From Phoronis australis (lineage: Eukaryota > Animalia > Phoronida): DNA of 64,000 nucleotides. Shown here one piece after another: positions 12,579 through 24,600 of this stretch (positions are counted from its first letter, which is position 1; every line of letters starts with the position of its first letter). The stretch lies in the NCBI GenBank assembly GCA_002633005.1, contig NMRA01000307.1:396208-460207 (forward strand), given 5' to 3'. Both the position numbers and the translations under genes were made by a program. The notes under the pieces were generated by a model, which had not been told where the DNA came from, ran no database searches, and saw only the letters and a list, made by a program, of their open reading frames with translations.

Positions 12579-15500
12579 TCAATAATACAATTTTAGATAC
12601 GCCAGTTTCCTGTTGTATCTTTTCGCCTCTCTCGTACTCAGCAATTTGTTTGTATTCTGTCCAATTGTGCTCTGTATTTCTACAGGGGGCATAAGTACAG
12701 GAGCCCCTCCAAAGGATTGGTGCCACTGGACGTGTCTGTTCTTGGAGATATCGTGCTCGTATGTACCAGCACTAGAAAGGAAAAAGAACAAATAAGTTCA
12801 ATTGAAAAAATTACATCTTCAGTAGTAACAAGAACTGATTGAGTAATTGAGCCTTTTGCAGTGTTGTGGGTTAGACGGTTACCATGGTTACTACATTCAA
12901 GAGTAATCAAAATCATTGAAGCTGCTGAATGAATCAGTCTTGTGTCAAAATTAACTTTTGAGTTCATACCACTGATAATAATTCTAAAACTGATCTCGGA
13001 GAACGTTGATCAGTGCTCACCCGGGTGATGCCTCTTCGATATCTTTCTTGAAGACGGGAAATCTGTCGGAAGCGTGTAGGAAGGGTTTGTACGTTGGTGT
13101 GAATTCTCGCAGCTTGTTCAGATCTTCTTGGTACTCCTGGGGGCTGGGCGTTACTTCTATGAACTCCTTTCTCATGCGTGGGGCTGTCCGCGCCCCCATT
13201 GTGTACCCCCGGGAGCTTGTCAATTTACTCTTCACTTGGAACTCCAAATTTGTAAACTAAAATAAAATCGATTGCAATGATATGATAAATGAAATACCAT
13301 CAGTTTGGAATTGCATGTAGGGCAGGTTATGAAATGCGAAGAATCAAAACCTGCACCAACTATAAGGGACAATAATGCTTAATTTCTAATTTCGTTATTC
13401 AGAGTTGCAATTTACAAATGTAAAAGACCATAACTCTGAGCACTAATTTTAAGAATGACAGTGCTAGTGAAGTATCTTAATACAGTGCCATCTTTGAAAA
13501 AATATTAGTTTAGTTCACATTTTGAGATGGAATCCTTTGATAGTCTTTTGAATCAAGGATGTGATCATTTCAAATTAATCAATAGGTTGAGTTCATTGAT
13601 TGTTGCAAAGGGAAGATTCGCTCTAGTAAATATTATTTTATTCAAATTTAAATTTTATAAATTTGGATGAACCTTACAATTTACAAATTTCAAAGTTTTG
13701 GTTTTGACTTAACGGAAATCACTTATCAGAGACAAATGGTTACTTAATGTCAAATACTTACATTTTCGTTATCGTATCGCCCTGGACCAGTCTGTGGAAA
13801 TCCTTTAACAGGTTTCACTTCATTTCCAAATCTGTCTGGTGCCATGTGTAGAGGAAAAAGTTTCCTGTCTTGTACTGTGCCAAAGGAAACCTTGGTCTTT
13901 TTTTCATCTAAAACAATAATATTGAAACATATAAAACGACTTGACATAAATAGCAGTATTAGACTGACCAGTACTACACCCTTGTACTACAATAAACTAA
14001 AAAATATTGGTTACGTAATAACAATTGCCACTATTAACCTATACAGTGGCGGATTTAGAGGGGGGGGGGGGGGCAAGGGGGCCAAGCCCCCTAAAATTCT
14101 GCCACTAGCACATTCCATTTGGAAGTTTGGGTGTGCGAATGTCTGACGGCCAAAATCCTGAATAATACTCTGCCCTGTCCCCCCCCAACTCAAAATTCTG
14201 GATCCGTCCCTGTGCAAAAAATCACAAATTTACAGAGACTCACTATTTTATTATAATTTCACTCATCCATTTTTCCAAACTCTTACCTTGAAGTCCACAG
14301 TTGATGATCAACTTGATTAATTCCTTATGGTAAAGTTTCAATTGAAGATGCATTTTTGTGTTCATACTCTTATGACCTTACAGGAATCCAACTACAACCC
14401 AGTGTCTAATCTAAAACTAAACATACTCAATCTATGTTACCATGTTATATCTAAGTGAACAAGACATTCTCAATGATGTTACCATGTTATATCTAAGTTG
14501 AACACACAAACTAATTCTTATGATAGTTTCTTTCCATTATTGCTTTAGTACAGTTTTATGGTACGTTACCAAGACAATCTATACAAAATTAGATGAACTT
14601 TTATTGCTGCCAGGCCTATAAGAAAGTAAAAAACTATGGAGAGCACATAGAGAGGTCATAGTCTACAATCAGATCTCCATCACCAGTCATCCCAAATTTT
14701 TCAATTAGTCTTCTCTCGATGTCACCCAAGTGTTACTCGTACAGAAGAAGTATATCTAGGATAGGTGACTTTCTATCACCAGTTTTGCTACAAAAGTGCC
14801 TTTTTGACAAAATTCCCAACAAAAGGGTTCATTTTTCCAACAAAATTCCTTACACAAGGGGTCACTTTCGGAGCTTGTATTTCTACGCAAATTGATAAAA
14901 AGGTTTTAAAGTCAACTATGTTTTAAAGCTTTGGTTTAAAAGATGTACCAATTTTTGACAACATGGCATCTCTTCTTGTATGTTGCTTCAAGCTTAATTG
15001 GGCAAAATTCAATGCAGCTGTTCAAGATTTCCTACAACAGCTTTATGGCTGTAGCCATGATTTCATGCAAGCTACCTTCAAGCGGGCCCCATTCTTCCAA
15101 TCCATTCTCTTCATGATTATTCTAATTTTCACCCTGTACCCCAGTCAGTACCTCCATCATCATACACATCTTTCCTATGTAATTAAAACACATTCTTGGA
15201 GGAGCATGAGTCCAAGGCCACCATGTTTCCATGACGCGGGCAGAATCAGTTCTAACTCTGGTGCAACAGCAGAGCACCATTCACTCTTAAGTGTTAACCC
15301 ATAGTGCAACACATGCTTCTTCAACAGTAATAATTCATCATTGTAATGCAGACAAACTTGTACCATTGCGACGTTGACACCACAAAGTTTGCAAAAAGGG
15401 AAATCAGTGCTGGACGTACAATCTGTTTCCTTATTAAACCGATGCTTTCTGTCAAAAATCTGGCATTAATTTAGCGCACTTACCATTTGATTTTGTCTTA

Positions 15501-15890
15501 AGTATTACGTTCCATTTTCAAATTATTTTTTAGATCAAGCACCTAAAATTTCATGTCACAACGTGATCTGAAATTTTACGAGCTGGTCATGACGAACTGA
15601 GTGTCACTTCTTTTCATTGAGGCCAACTTCATCTTCAAGACTTCAGTTAGAGTAGTAAAGGGGAAGTGGTCTAGTAAATCAAAAGTTAGCTTTTTATGTA
15701 AAGCGGGTTAAATGCTTGACCTTTGACTAAATTACTAATTTTTAAGACAGTAATGTCAATGCTGAATGATGCGATGACCTCCCTTGATAGTCCCAGTGGC
15801 CAACTGTCTGAAATGCAATTTTCTCATTGACATTGTTCCATTGAGGAAAACATAAAAACAATACTTACTAGTTAGTCCTAAAATCTCCAT
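12579..15890 (-). CDS. PIFO: Protein pitchfork / ciliary microtubule-associated protein 3, ~198 aa, 4 coding exons
   Basis: Exons (minus) 15890-15869, 13907-13762, 13256-13021, 12771-12579 total 597 nt in frame. Motifs SFGTVQDRKLFP, GPGRY, GYTMGARTAPR, TPSPQEYQ, PGAGTYE and C-terminal RKLAYLKLYY* are typical of PIFO (STPG/SHIPPO-like repeats). The 22-nt first exon is the least certain. Confidence 0.85.
14044..14212. mobile_element. Short hAT-type MITE in PIFO intron 1
   Basis: CAGTGGCGGATTTAGA ... TCTGGATCCGTCCCTG inverted ends with poly-G and poly-C subterminal tracts; TSD not evident. Confidence 0.65.
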
Positions 15891-15899
15891 GATGCTTTC

Positions 15900-16330
15900 T
15901 AAAAGACTTGCACAATGATTGGGTCGTGATCAGACAACAAATGAGCTTCAGACTGATACGCAGCACTAGTATACTGTCTCTACAACACGTTTCTAGGGTC
16001 GTTGCTACAACACTGCAATTTACGACAATGCGATCGATTTACGACTGATATAGGCCTACGTCATCCTGCTAATCTCAAGGTCAAGTGGATCATTCGTGCG
16101 TGTTGCGTGAACTTGGAATATCGCGTAAAAAGATGACTGTAGTAAAAATAGTGTAGCAGTTAACCGATTCCAGCAATTAACCGATTCCAGCAAAGAAATA
16201 AAACTCACATTTGCCAGAGTTGGCGCGCTATAACAAAAGCTGGTTCATATTTATTGTTAAACCACTGAAATCCTAACAACGATCGCTGATTGGCTGATAT
16301 GCTATTGACGTGATGGCGGGACATCGACTG
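15900..16330. promoter_or_regulatory. Putative PIFO promoter, possibly shared divergently with GTF2H1
   Basis: Locally CpG-rich just upstream of the PIFO ATG; X-box-like GTTTCTAGGG / GTTGCTACAAC (~15989-16011), CRE-like TACGTCA and TGACGTGA, CCAAT box (GATTGG ~16288). TSSs are not visible. Confidence 0.35.
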
Positions 16331-16438
16331 CTTTTCATATATATTGCTGCCTTGCCATATTATGACATTGAATTGAAACAGTTCACATCATATTTTAGCA
16401 TTGTGTCACTGGTATTGTTTTTTACTGTTTTCCATAGT

Positions 16439-16692
16439 CAGTGCGCGCACCCGGGGGGCGGGGTTGGGCTCGGGGGCCAATTTGGCGAAGTCGCCGCCGG
16501 GGCGCCTCTGGATAAAAAATTCTGAAAAAAGCAGAAAACGAGACAAATGTTCACCAAGAAAGAGGCAGGAACTACCAAAATTCGGCGAATGCTCACTTCA
16601 TGAACAAGATCCCCGTGATTTTTTAGTAAAAGGACACTTTCTAAAAAATTAGAGCCCCTCATTTTTTAGGCTGAGTCCGGGGTGCGTGCATG
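16439..16692. mobile_element. GC-rich MITE-like element
   Basis: Inverted ends CAGTGCGCGCACCCGG / CCGGGGTGCGTGCATG; composition contrasts with flanks. Confidence 0.45.
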
Positions 16693-17996
16693 GTAGTGTT
16701 GTAAGAGTTCGCTATGCCTTTTTCATGGCCAAGCCAGGACTGGTTAATTGTTCGAACTTTTCCAAAGAGGTGTCTAATATACGGTGAGGGGGACATCGCT
16801 TATACCATCCGATCGGCATCAACGGTTGCCCTCGCCTTGGTGCAATCCAGTTACCTGTATAGACAACTCGCAACATCCGACATTTTCTTGCGAAATATCC
16901 TAGATGAGAGGCGCCACTATCGTAACGTGCCAATCTCAGCTTTCGGTTATTGTCTTGTGACGGGAAATTTTTGCATCGATTTTACTGTCTAGTACAACAA
17001 AAAATCGGCATTGAAACGAAGTTCAGAGTCTTCCAATAATAAAGCTCTTCAAATGAGTACTTCTTAGCAATGCTAGTGGTCGTGTAATACTGCGCGGCAA
17101 ACCGCCCCGGCTTCAATCTTCAGTGCCGACTGATTTCTTCTGCTTACACATAGCACTCACTCTAGCAGCATATCGAGACAGTTTGGGATTCAGGGTTCAC
17201 GTACTAAGAAAATTACAAAAGCTTATTGTTTACCCGGACCATGTCGCTTTCAGAAACGTTGAGTTGAAAAATTTTCAAAGTTTCCAGAATGATGTGTGCT
17301 TTATTGGCCATTACGGTTAATTACGTTGGAATTTTTTCAAAGTCTCCAAACTAATTCGTTGACCGGCCTCTGAGTTGTGTCGCGCTTTCAGAAATTTTGC
17401 ATTCATGGTTGAAAAATATTCAAAGTAACCAGATCAGAACTTCTTTGGCCATTTGTGTCGTTTAACCGTATACAGCGGGGTCAAGTGCCAGTTCACATAC
17501 AACACGACAACTACTCATTACACCGGTAGGTGGCGTCATTGACCGGCAGATAGCGTGACAGTGAGTATGAAGTGTTTCGTGCGTTTCGTTTTTATCATAA
17601 CAGGTACTTAAACTACGTTTGCGCTTTGTAAATATCTTAGAATTTAATTATGTGCTCATTAACTGAGGATTATAACATTCCAGTCTCAAACGGAACATTT
17701 TTCAAAAAATATCCTAGCATTTTCAAAACTTTTAAAGAAACTTCGTTCAGCGTGATCCATGAGAGTGGGCAATTGTATATTGCGACACTTCATTTTATTT
17801 TTTAAGTATTCCTGACAGAATTTGAAATGGGACCAAGTTATCCGACTATTACCGCCTTGGACTATTGGCTACCTATCACCGCAGCCACCTAGCTGTTAGC
17901 ACTTAGAAGTCCAACATCAAAATACAGTTTGGAACTGTTGTGTATGTCAACCTCAATTGGACCTCAAAATTTCTCACCGATCTGCTTTGGCACTGC

Positions 17997-18112
17997 CACT
18001 GGTCCGATATAGCGGTCCCTGATTTAGAGAACCAATTTCATCCCAAATAACGGGCCTGTTATTCATTGATTGCCTAGATCTCTAAATCGGGGACCGCTAT
18101 ATCCGACCAGTG
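17997..18112. mobile_element. Miniature foldback element with CACTG ends
   Basis: 34-bp inverted arms CACTGGTCCGATATAGCGGTCCCTGATTTAGAGA / TCTCTAAATCGGGGACCGCTATATCCGACCAGTG (2 mismatches) around a 48-bp spacer. Confidence 0.7.
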
Positions 18113-18846
18113 CCCCTGCTATAGTTATGTTTGTCACTTCGTCATGAAACGCATGTCTAGTTAACGGGCTGTAGTGTATGCAAAATCTGGAAGTCACCCA
18201 ACCCTCATCTTGCCCATTACAGTCGTAAATTAAGTGCCATTAATGCCATTTTACCGTGTCATTCTCTGGCTTTTGTAACATAGTACAGTACACTCGTGAT
18301 ACATGTATGCACCATTTGAAAATTTTTTGTCAGTGGCAACTTTCGAGAGATGATGACAGCTTTGTTTAAGAAAATTTCATTTGTAATATAACATTTCAGA
18401 AGAATAACTTTGAGCCAGTTTTTGGCTTGCATTTGTACAAAAGCTTTTTGCCAATGCTATGGTTTTCTCTTATGACACATTCCGAAAAAGCGCAATTTGT
18501 TACGATTAAGAAACCTGAAGAACTGTGTGACCTAGAGGCGGATTGACTTTTCTTCCAAAAGGTTGCATACAGCTATCGAAATTGGTTATAAGTTTTTAGT
18601 ATTTTATTGCCAACAAAGTGAATTTCTGAACAAATTTTGCATTGCCAAGCAATTGTCATCTGGTGAAAGATGTCACAAAAATTTAGCAAATTGCGTGTGT
18701 ACATGTCCTGGCCATACTGTTTTCAAGCCGACAACAGACTTTTTGTTACAAAAGCCGGAGAATGTCACAAAGCTGTAACAGGCAAAGTGAGAGTTGATTG
18801 ACTCCCAGATTTTGCATACAACCTGTCTGGCCGTTATTTTTACATG

Positions 18847-20414
18847 CAGGGGTTTAGAAATACACTGGCCCAAGGACACAGACCAGTGAAATTTGGCATT
18901 TGTCTAGTGAAACTTTTCAGCTGGCTAGATCGATGTCTAGTGAACATTGAAGTGGGATAGTGAAATACATTACTTCAGTAGCCCGACATCTCTGACTGAC
19001 AGCTTTCTATAGCCTTAGCACAGTCTCTATACTGCTTGCCGATGACCGCCTCGAGGAATTGACAAACCTTAATGAACTTTGGGAAAACAAACATAACGCA
19101 TACCCAGCTGAAAAAATGTTTCCATTCGTTTCCCAGCCAATGAAAAAGCCCAAATACGGGAATCCCTTGACAACATGCTGCCTTTTGCGACAACACGATG
19201 ATCATTTCAAAACTGAATCACGATTGGTCGACTGGTGAATTGGATAGGATCGTCTGACAAATGTCACAGGCTCAGAAGCGGGATGGCAAGAGGGTAAAAA
19301 TTACAATATGATTTTCTCTCAAAATGAGTTTGGTTTAAGATATATTCAGATATACAGCAATAGAAAATTCTAATGTTGTGTGTCACACCTGCCAAGATTG
19401 TGAAGATGGCATTAGCTGTACATTGGCCGTAATAGCTAAATCCGACACTACTGTATTACCGCGGTCCCACTTTAAACTGTCATAACTTTGGAATTTCTTG
19501 CAGTCAGAATTTTGGTATCCACGTACAATTTGTTTCGCAATATCAGTTTCACTTCAATATTACTTCTTTCTTAATTAACGAAATTTGAAGTTCATGCTTT
19601 TTGCGGACTTCAAATTTCTAAGGCTTTTTACTTTTTCAAAACATCAAAATTTTGCCAAATACTTTATTCATGATAACTAAGCTGTTCAGTACTGCCATGC
19701 TGATACACTGGTCAACAGTTCCAATGGTGGATGTGACTACTGTTCTGATACACTGGTCAACATTTCCAGTGGTGGATGTCATTACCATGCTGATAAACTG
19801 ATCAACAGTTCCAGTGTTGGAATGTTAACTATATTCGCTTAGTAGCTGTTGTAACAGACTTGCCTCCCGTTCAGTAACGCTAAGACCTCGCTAATAAACA
19901 AGACTTTGGCTAGATTTTAGGTAGGTCCTAGCGTAGGTCCTAGCATTACTGAATGCACGCCCGCTTTGAATGAAAGTCAATGATCTTAATGGTAGTTATC
20001 ATGACAGATGGGCCAATGTTTGAAAATTTCAATGCGCAGCCTGCTGTTGACTTTTGGTTGTACAAAACCGCAAGAAGGCGCCGTGTGGATGGCCTTCGAT
20101 ACCAAGTTGAACCAGATGTAGATCCATCTCCACCATCCTCTTTTTTAATAAATAAAAGCTGTAACTGAAGTACATAGTTTTCATTCAAGCAAATTACAGA
20201 CAAAGACAAAGTACAAAATAGCCCAGACACTAAAGTCACATGTTTTTCTGTGCGCATTATGTTAGATCGAAATGTATCATAGCCAAAGTGTATGGACCAA
20301 TCAGCTTCTTAAGTGTGTCGCCAATGTTGACCGATGGCATGAAAAGGCAGGACCAGTAGATTATTTTTTTACTGGTCCTGTCTAGCGAAGTCAAAAGATG
20401 TTTCTATATTCCTG
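18847..20414 (+). mobile_element. Decayed hAT-superfamily element with a remnant of the transposase C-terminal dimerisation region
   Basis: Imperfect TIRs CAGGGGTTTAGAAA / TTTCTATATTCCTG; subterminal CCAGT/ACTGG/CTAGTG motifs; ~19975-20090 reads (VNDL)MVVIMTDGPMFENFNAQPAVDFWLYKTARRR, like ZNF862-type hAT C-termini. No clear 8-bp TSD. Confidence 0.6.
19695..19822. repeat. ~41-bp tandem repeat, ~3 copies (CTGATACACTGGTCAACAGTTCCA..)
   Basis: Direct repeats visible. Confidence 0.75.
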
Positions 20415-21081
20415 ATATGTTGATATAAGTTTCGTGATGAGGTGACCAGCAGAACTACCACGGCACTGTGAAATTTTGAGGTCTGTGTGAAGTTAACAAA
20501 CAGCAATATTTAGCTCTGTAGTTTAATTGACATTACTCTTTATATGGCTTGCTAGTAATTGAGGTGATGAGAACCTCATAAATTTTATTTTGAAATGTTG
20601 GTCGTAGTTCCATTACCAGCAATCTCAACTGGCTACTGTAACCAAGATGCTACATTTGGGACTAAACATCAAAATTCAGGCAAGAATCGTTTTGTAAAAC
20701 AAAGACGGAAGTAGCAGAGGAAGGTTTTTAGACCCCAACACTTTACCTAGGGTCATGTTATGAAAGTAATTATTGGACACCATCCTTTGCCAAGCTTTTT
20801 AGAGCATTCGTTCTGCACCATCCTGCTTTATTACAACTGTTTAGTATACGTACGGTAAGTGAGTGCAATAGAACCAATGTCATTTAGCTGTATCAAGTGT
20901 CCGTTGTTTGCAAGAATTTCAAAAAAATCTTTGTTGACTTCAAGTAATACTCAGTCTTTTGCTTTCATTCCCTGAGGCTTGTGTTGAATATTGTCATAAA
21001 ATTCTCTTAATTTAATGTGAAGTGCAGTTAAAGGGAGATTATTATGACGTAGACTTTGAACTTATTGACTTTGAGCAGGGT

Positions 21082-21328
21082 CTGGGAGTAATGTATTGGT
21101 CCTAGTCAGAGCCTAGGAGTAATGTATTGGTTCTAGCCAGAGCCTGGGAGTAATGTATTGGTCCTAACCAGAGCCTGGGAGTAATGTATTGGTCCTAGCC
21201 AGAGACTGGGAGTAGTATACTGGTCCTAGCCAGAGACTGGGAGTAGTATATTGGTCCTAGACAGAGACTTGGAGTAGTATATTGGTCCTGGCCAGAGTCT
21301 GGGAGTAGTATATTGGTCCGTACCAGAG
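21082..21328. repeat. Minisatellite, 31-bp unit CTGGGAGTAATGTATTGGTCCTAGCCAGAGC, ~8 copies
   Basis: Direct tandem copies upstream of the first GTF2H1 coding exon. Confidence 0.95.
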
Positions 21329-21638
21329 TGAACATAATCTATTATTTTTTGTTACTACAAATCACCAATTTTCGCTGAAGTGTGGCAGCCATTTTGCTAA
21401 ATTCAGGACCAGTGACTTCACCAGTTGAATAGATTACACTTAGAATACTTCGCCATTTATGGAATGGGCGGAGCATCTGACTGCAACCACTGAGATTGGG
21501 GGTTTCATTTTACGCTGCGATTGATCTCAAAGAATGTCTTCTCTTGCCGATAGTGTACTATTTGTGCAGTAATTCCTTGCTGTTCTAAGTCTGGCAGTGT
21601 TTCATGTATTCGTAGCCATCTTTTGCTGAACACCAAGC

Positions 21639-24600
21639 ATGTCATCGGAAGATGTGCTGTTGATTGTTGGTCACGTGAAGTACAAAAAGACGAATGGAAG
21701 TCTTTACTTGATGAATGAACGACTGGCCTTTATGCCAGAATGCAAAGACAGTTTTTCAGTAAGCCACTTGTATGCTGATGTCAAAGGTAAGCCACATTGT
21801 CTCTTTTACTGATACTAATAGACTGAAACTATTTAAAGTTGTTTGAAATTTCTTTCTTCACTGAAGATGATTGTTTTAGTCATCAGGTCCTGTTACGTAG
21901 AAAATAATCTAAGGCTTAAAGTAAAAATTTTTGTTTAAAGTTCCACACAGTCAACTATTCCTGACAAACGATTCTCAGTTTGGCAAAGTACAAAGTGTCT
22001 GAGAATATATTGAAAACTTAGTAACTAATAATTAGTTAATTTCCTTAAATGCTAGTCAATTGACCTATCGCCAGGATTTTGAGTGACTGCGTAACTGACC
22101 ATTCAGAACACAGCATTCTTGATACACCTTCATTTCAAGCCACCTGACAAACAACTCATTGCTGTGTAAAACTTTTGTTTGTTTGTCGATTTTTTGCAAG
22201 GGGCTGGAGCTTGCGATTGGTCAGTTTGTTTTGTGCTAACATTAATGACATGACATTGATAGTGAACTGTAGGTGCTAGACAAACTTTCTTACTTAGCCT
22301 TTTAAAGCTAATTTCTTGTAATAGTATCTCTGGTGGTGTAAAAGAGATAGATACTACAGTTCTTAGGATAATTAAAAACCACGCAAGGATGTAGTAATAT
22401 GGTAGTGCAAAAGATTTCCTCAGATGTAGATCTAGATGGATTAGGTAATATTAAGGCTATATTCAATGTTAAAGAAGAAAAAGGGAATATAATCTACATC
22501 GATGACTCAGTGGGAGTTTGTATTCTGGCTCATGTAAACTTTCCTGTGGATATAACTGCACCTTATTTATGGCCACACCTGACTTACTTGCATCCTCGTC
22601 ATTTTTTCATAAAAATTGTCTAGAATTTCTTTCTTTTAGCTTATTTTTACCTCATCACTATGAATATCATGCTGCAAATTAGCCTCAGCCAACCATGTGT
22701 TACTGTACTTTTCCTCATTTTAATAGTTTAATGTATTTATTATCGTTATTATTACGGTTATCCTTACTATTATAAAGGCTCGCTTTTATTTACCAGTCCA
22801 TCAATGTGGATACAAGTACCTCAATATTCCTTTAGTCTTCAACAATATTGTAACATTATGCTTCAGCTCAAAGAATATCACCTGACACCAAAGACAAAGT
22901 ACAGCTGCAAGTCCAGTTCCATGATGGTGGTGCCAACACTTTTCACTTTGCCAATCCCCATGGACGAGAAAAACAGGTCGCAGATCGGGAATCTGTCAAG
23001 GAATTACTTCAACAACTTCTGCCGCGTTTCCGAAGGAAAATGGACACACAGCTAGAGGAAAAGAACAGGTGAAGTGGAGCTTAATTAATGTTGGCAGATA
23101 CCTAAATATTGGGGTCTCTTGTCTTTAAATGTATAAACAAATCATTCACCATTAAACCCATGTAAAATAACCCAAGCCATGATTTATTGTCATATTCCTG
23201 GATATTGTCATTAAAATCAGCAAAATGTGTACCATGTCTTTTCTGTCTTAAAAGCATCCTCAATCATCTTCAATTTACCTGACTGTCTTATTGGAACTTG
23301 TTGGGGGGGGTCATCTTTTAGTATTCGAAAGGNCCTTAGTAATTTGATCAGAGCATCTGCTAGTGCAAAAAAGGAAGATCAAAATGCCATCAATAGCGGA
23401 GTTGCAACCGAATCGATTTAACGATTGCGCATGTCCGGAAATTAGGGTGCGCAAAGGCTACTGGGATTATTGATGGTAAATGGGATGACCGACTGGTTTT
23501 GCACGACGTGTAATTTGTGTGCATTAAACTACGCTGCTGTATGTAATTCTGCCGCTATTCGCCCTAATTAGCGCCCATGGCTCAACAAGTGCCCCAACGC
23601 GTTTTCAGACTTTGCTAAAGTAAGCGCCCAGCCCATGAACTACATGCGAAAAATGCCCTTACCTACAGTTCTAACGTCTCCAATTTATCAATTGAAAGAT
23701 CCGACAGCCTGAATTTGTAACGGACCACGAGCCTCACCGTTATGTCCGTATACACTTCAAACTTACGCCGCGATTCAAAAAGAACGCAGAAGTTTTGCTG
23801 CTCTTGCGAGGGATGTGCCCCACTACGCGGGTCTGGACNCAGTTGTTAGGATGATTAAAAACCACGCAAGGATGTAGTAATATGGTAGTGCAAAAGATTT
23901 CCTCAGATGTAGAGCTAGATGGATTAGGTAATATTAAGGCTATATTCAATGTTAAAGAAGAAAAAGGGAATGTAATCTAAATCGATGACTCTGTGGGAGT
24001 TTGTGTTCTGGCTCATGTAAACTTTCCTGTGGATATAACTGCGCCTTATTTAGGGCCACACTTGACATACTTGCATCCTCGTCATTTTTTCATAAAAATT
24101 GCCTTTAGAATTTCTTACTTTTAGCTTATTTTTACCTCATCACTATGAATATCATGCTGCAAATTAGCCTCAGCCAACCACGTGTTACTGTACTTTTCCT
24201 CATTTTTATAGTTTAATGTATTTATTATCATTATTATTATGTTTATTATCATTACTATTATAAAGTCTCTCTTTTATTTACCATTCCATCAGTGTGGATA
24301 CAAGTACCTCAATATTCCTTTAGTCTTCAACAATAGTGTAACATTATGCTTCAGCTCAAAGAATATCACCTGACACCAAAGACAAAGTACAGCTGCAAGT
24401 CCAGTTCCATGATGGTGGTGCCAACACGTTTCACTTTGCCAATCCCCATGGACGCGAAAAACAGGTCGCAGATCGGGAATCTGTCAAGGAATTACTTCAA
24501 CAACTTCTGCCGCGTTTCCGAAGGAAAATGGACACACAGCTAGAGGAAAAGAACAGGTGAAGTGGAGCTTAATTAATGTTGGCAGATACCTGAATATTGC

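Noticed and set aside
14963-15420. ORFs in PIFO intron 1 that might be a transposase relic
   Set aside because: No motif I can assign with confidence; frames are interrupted.
22804-23055. 83-aa and 65-aa (24346-24543) ORFs from the track
   Set aside because: Wrong frame; the real reading frame is GTF2H1 exon 2 ([15 protein letters not shown]...).
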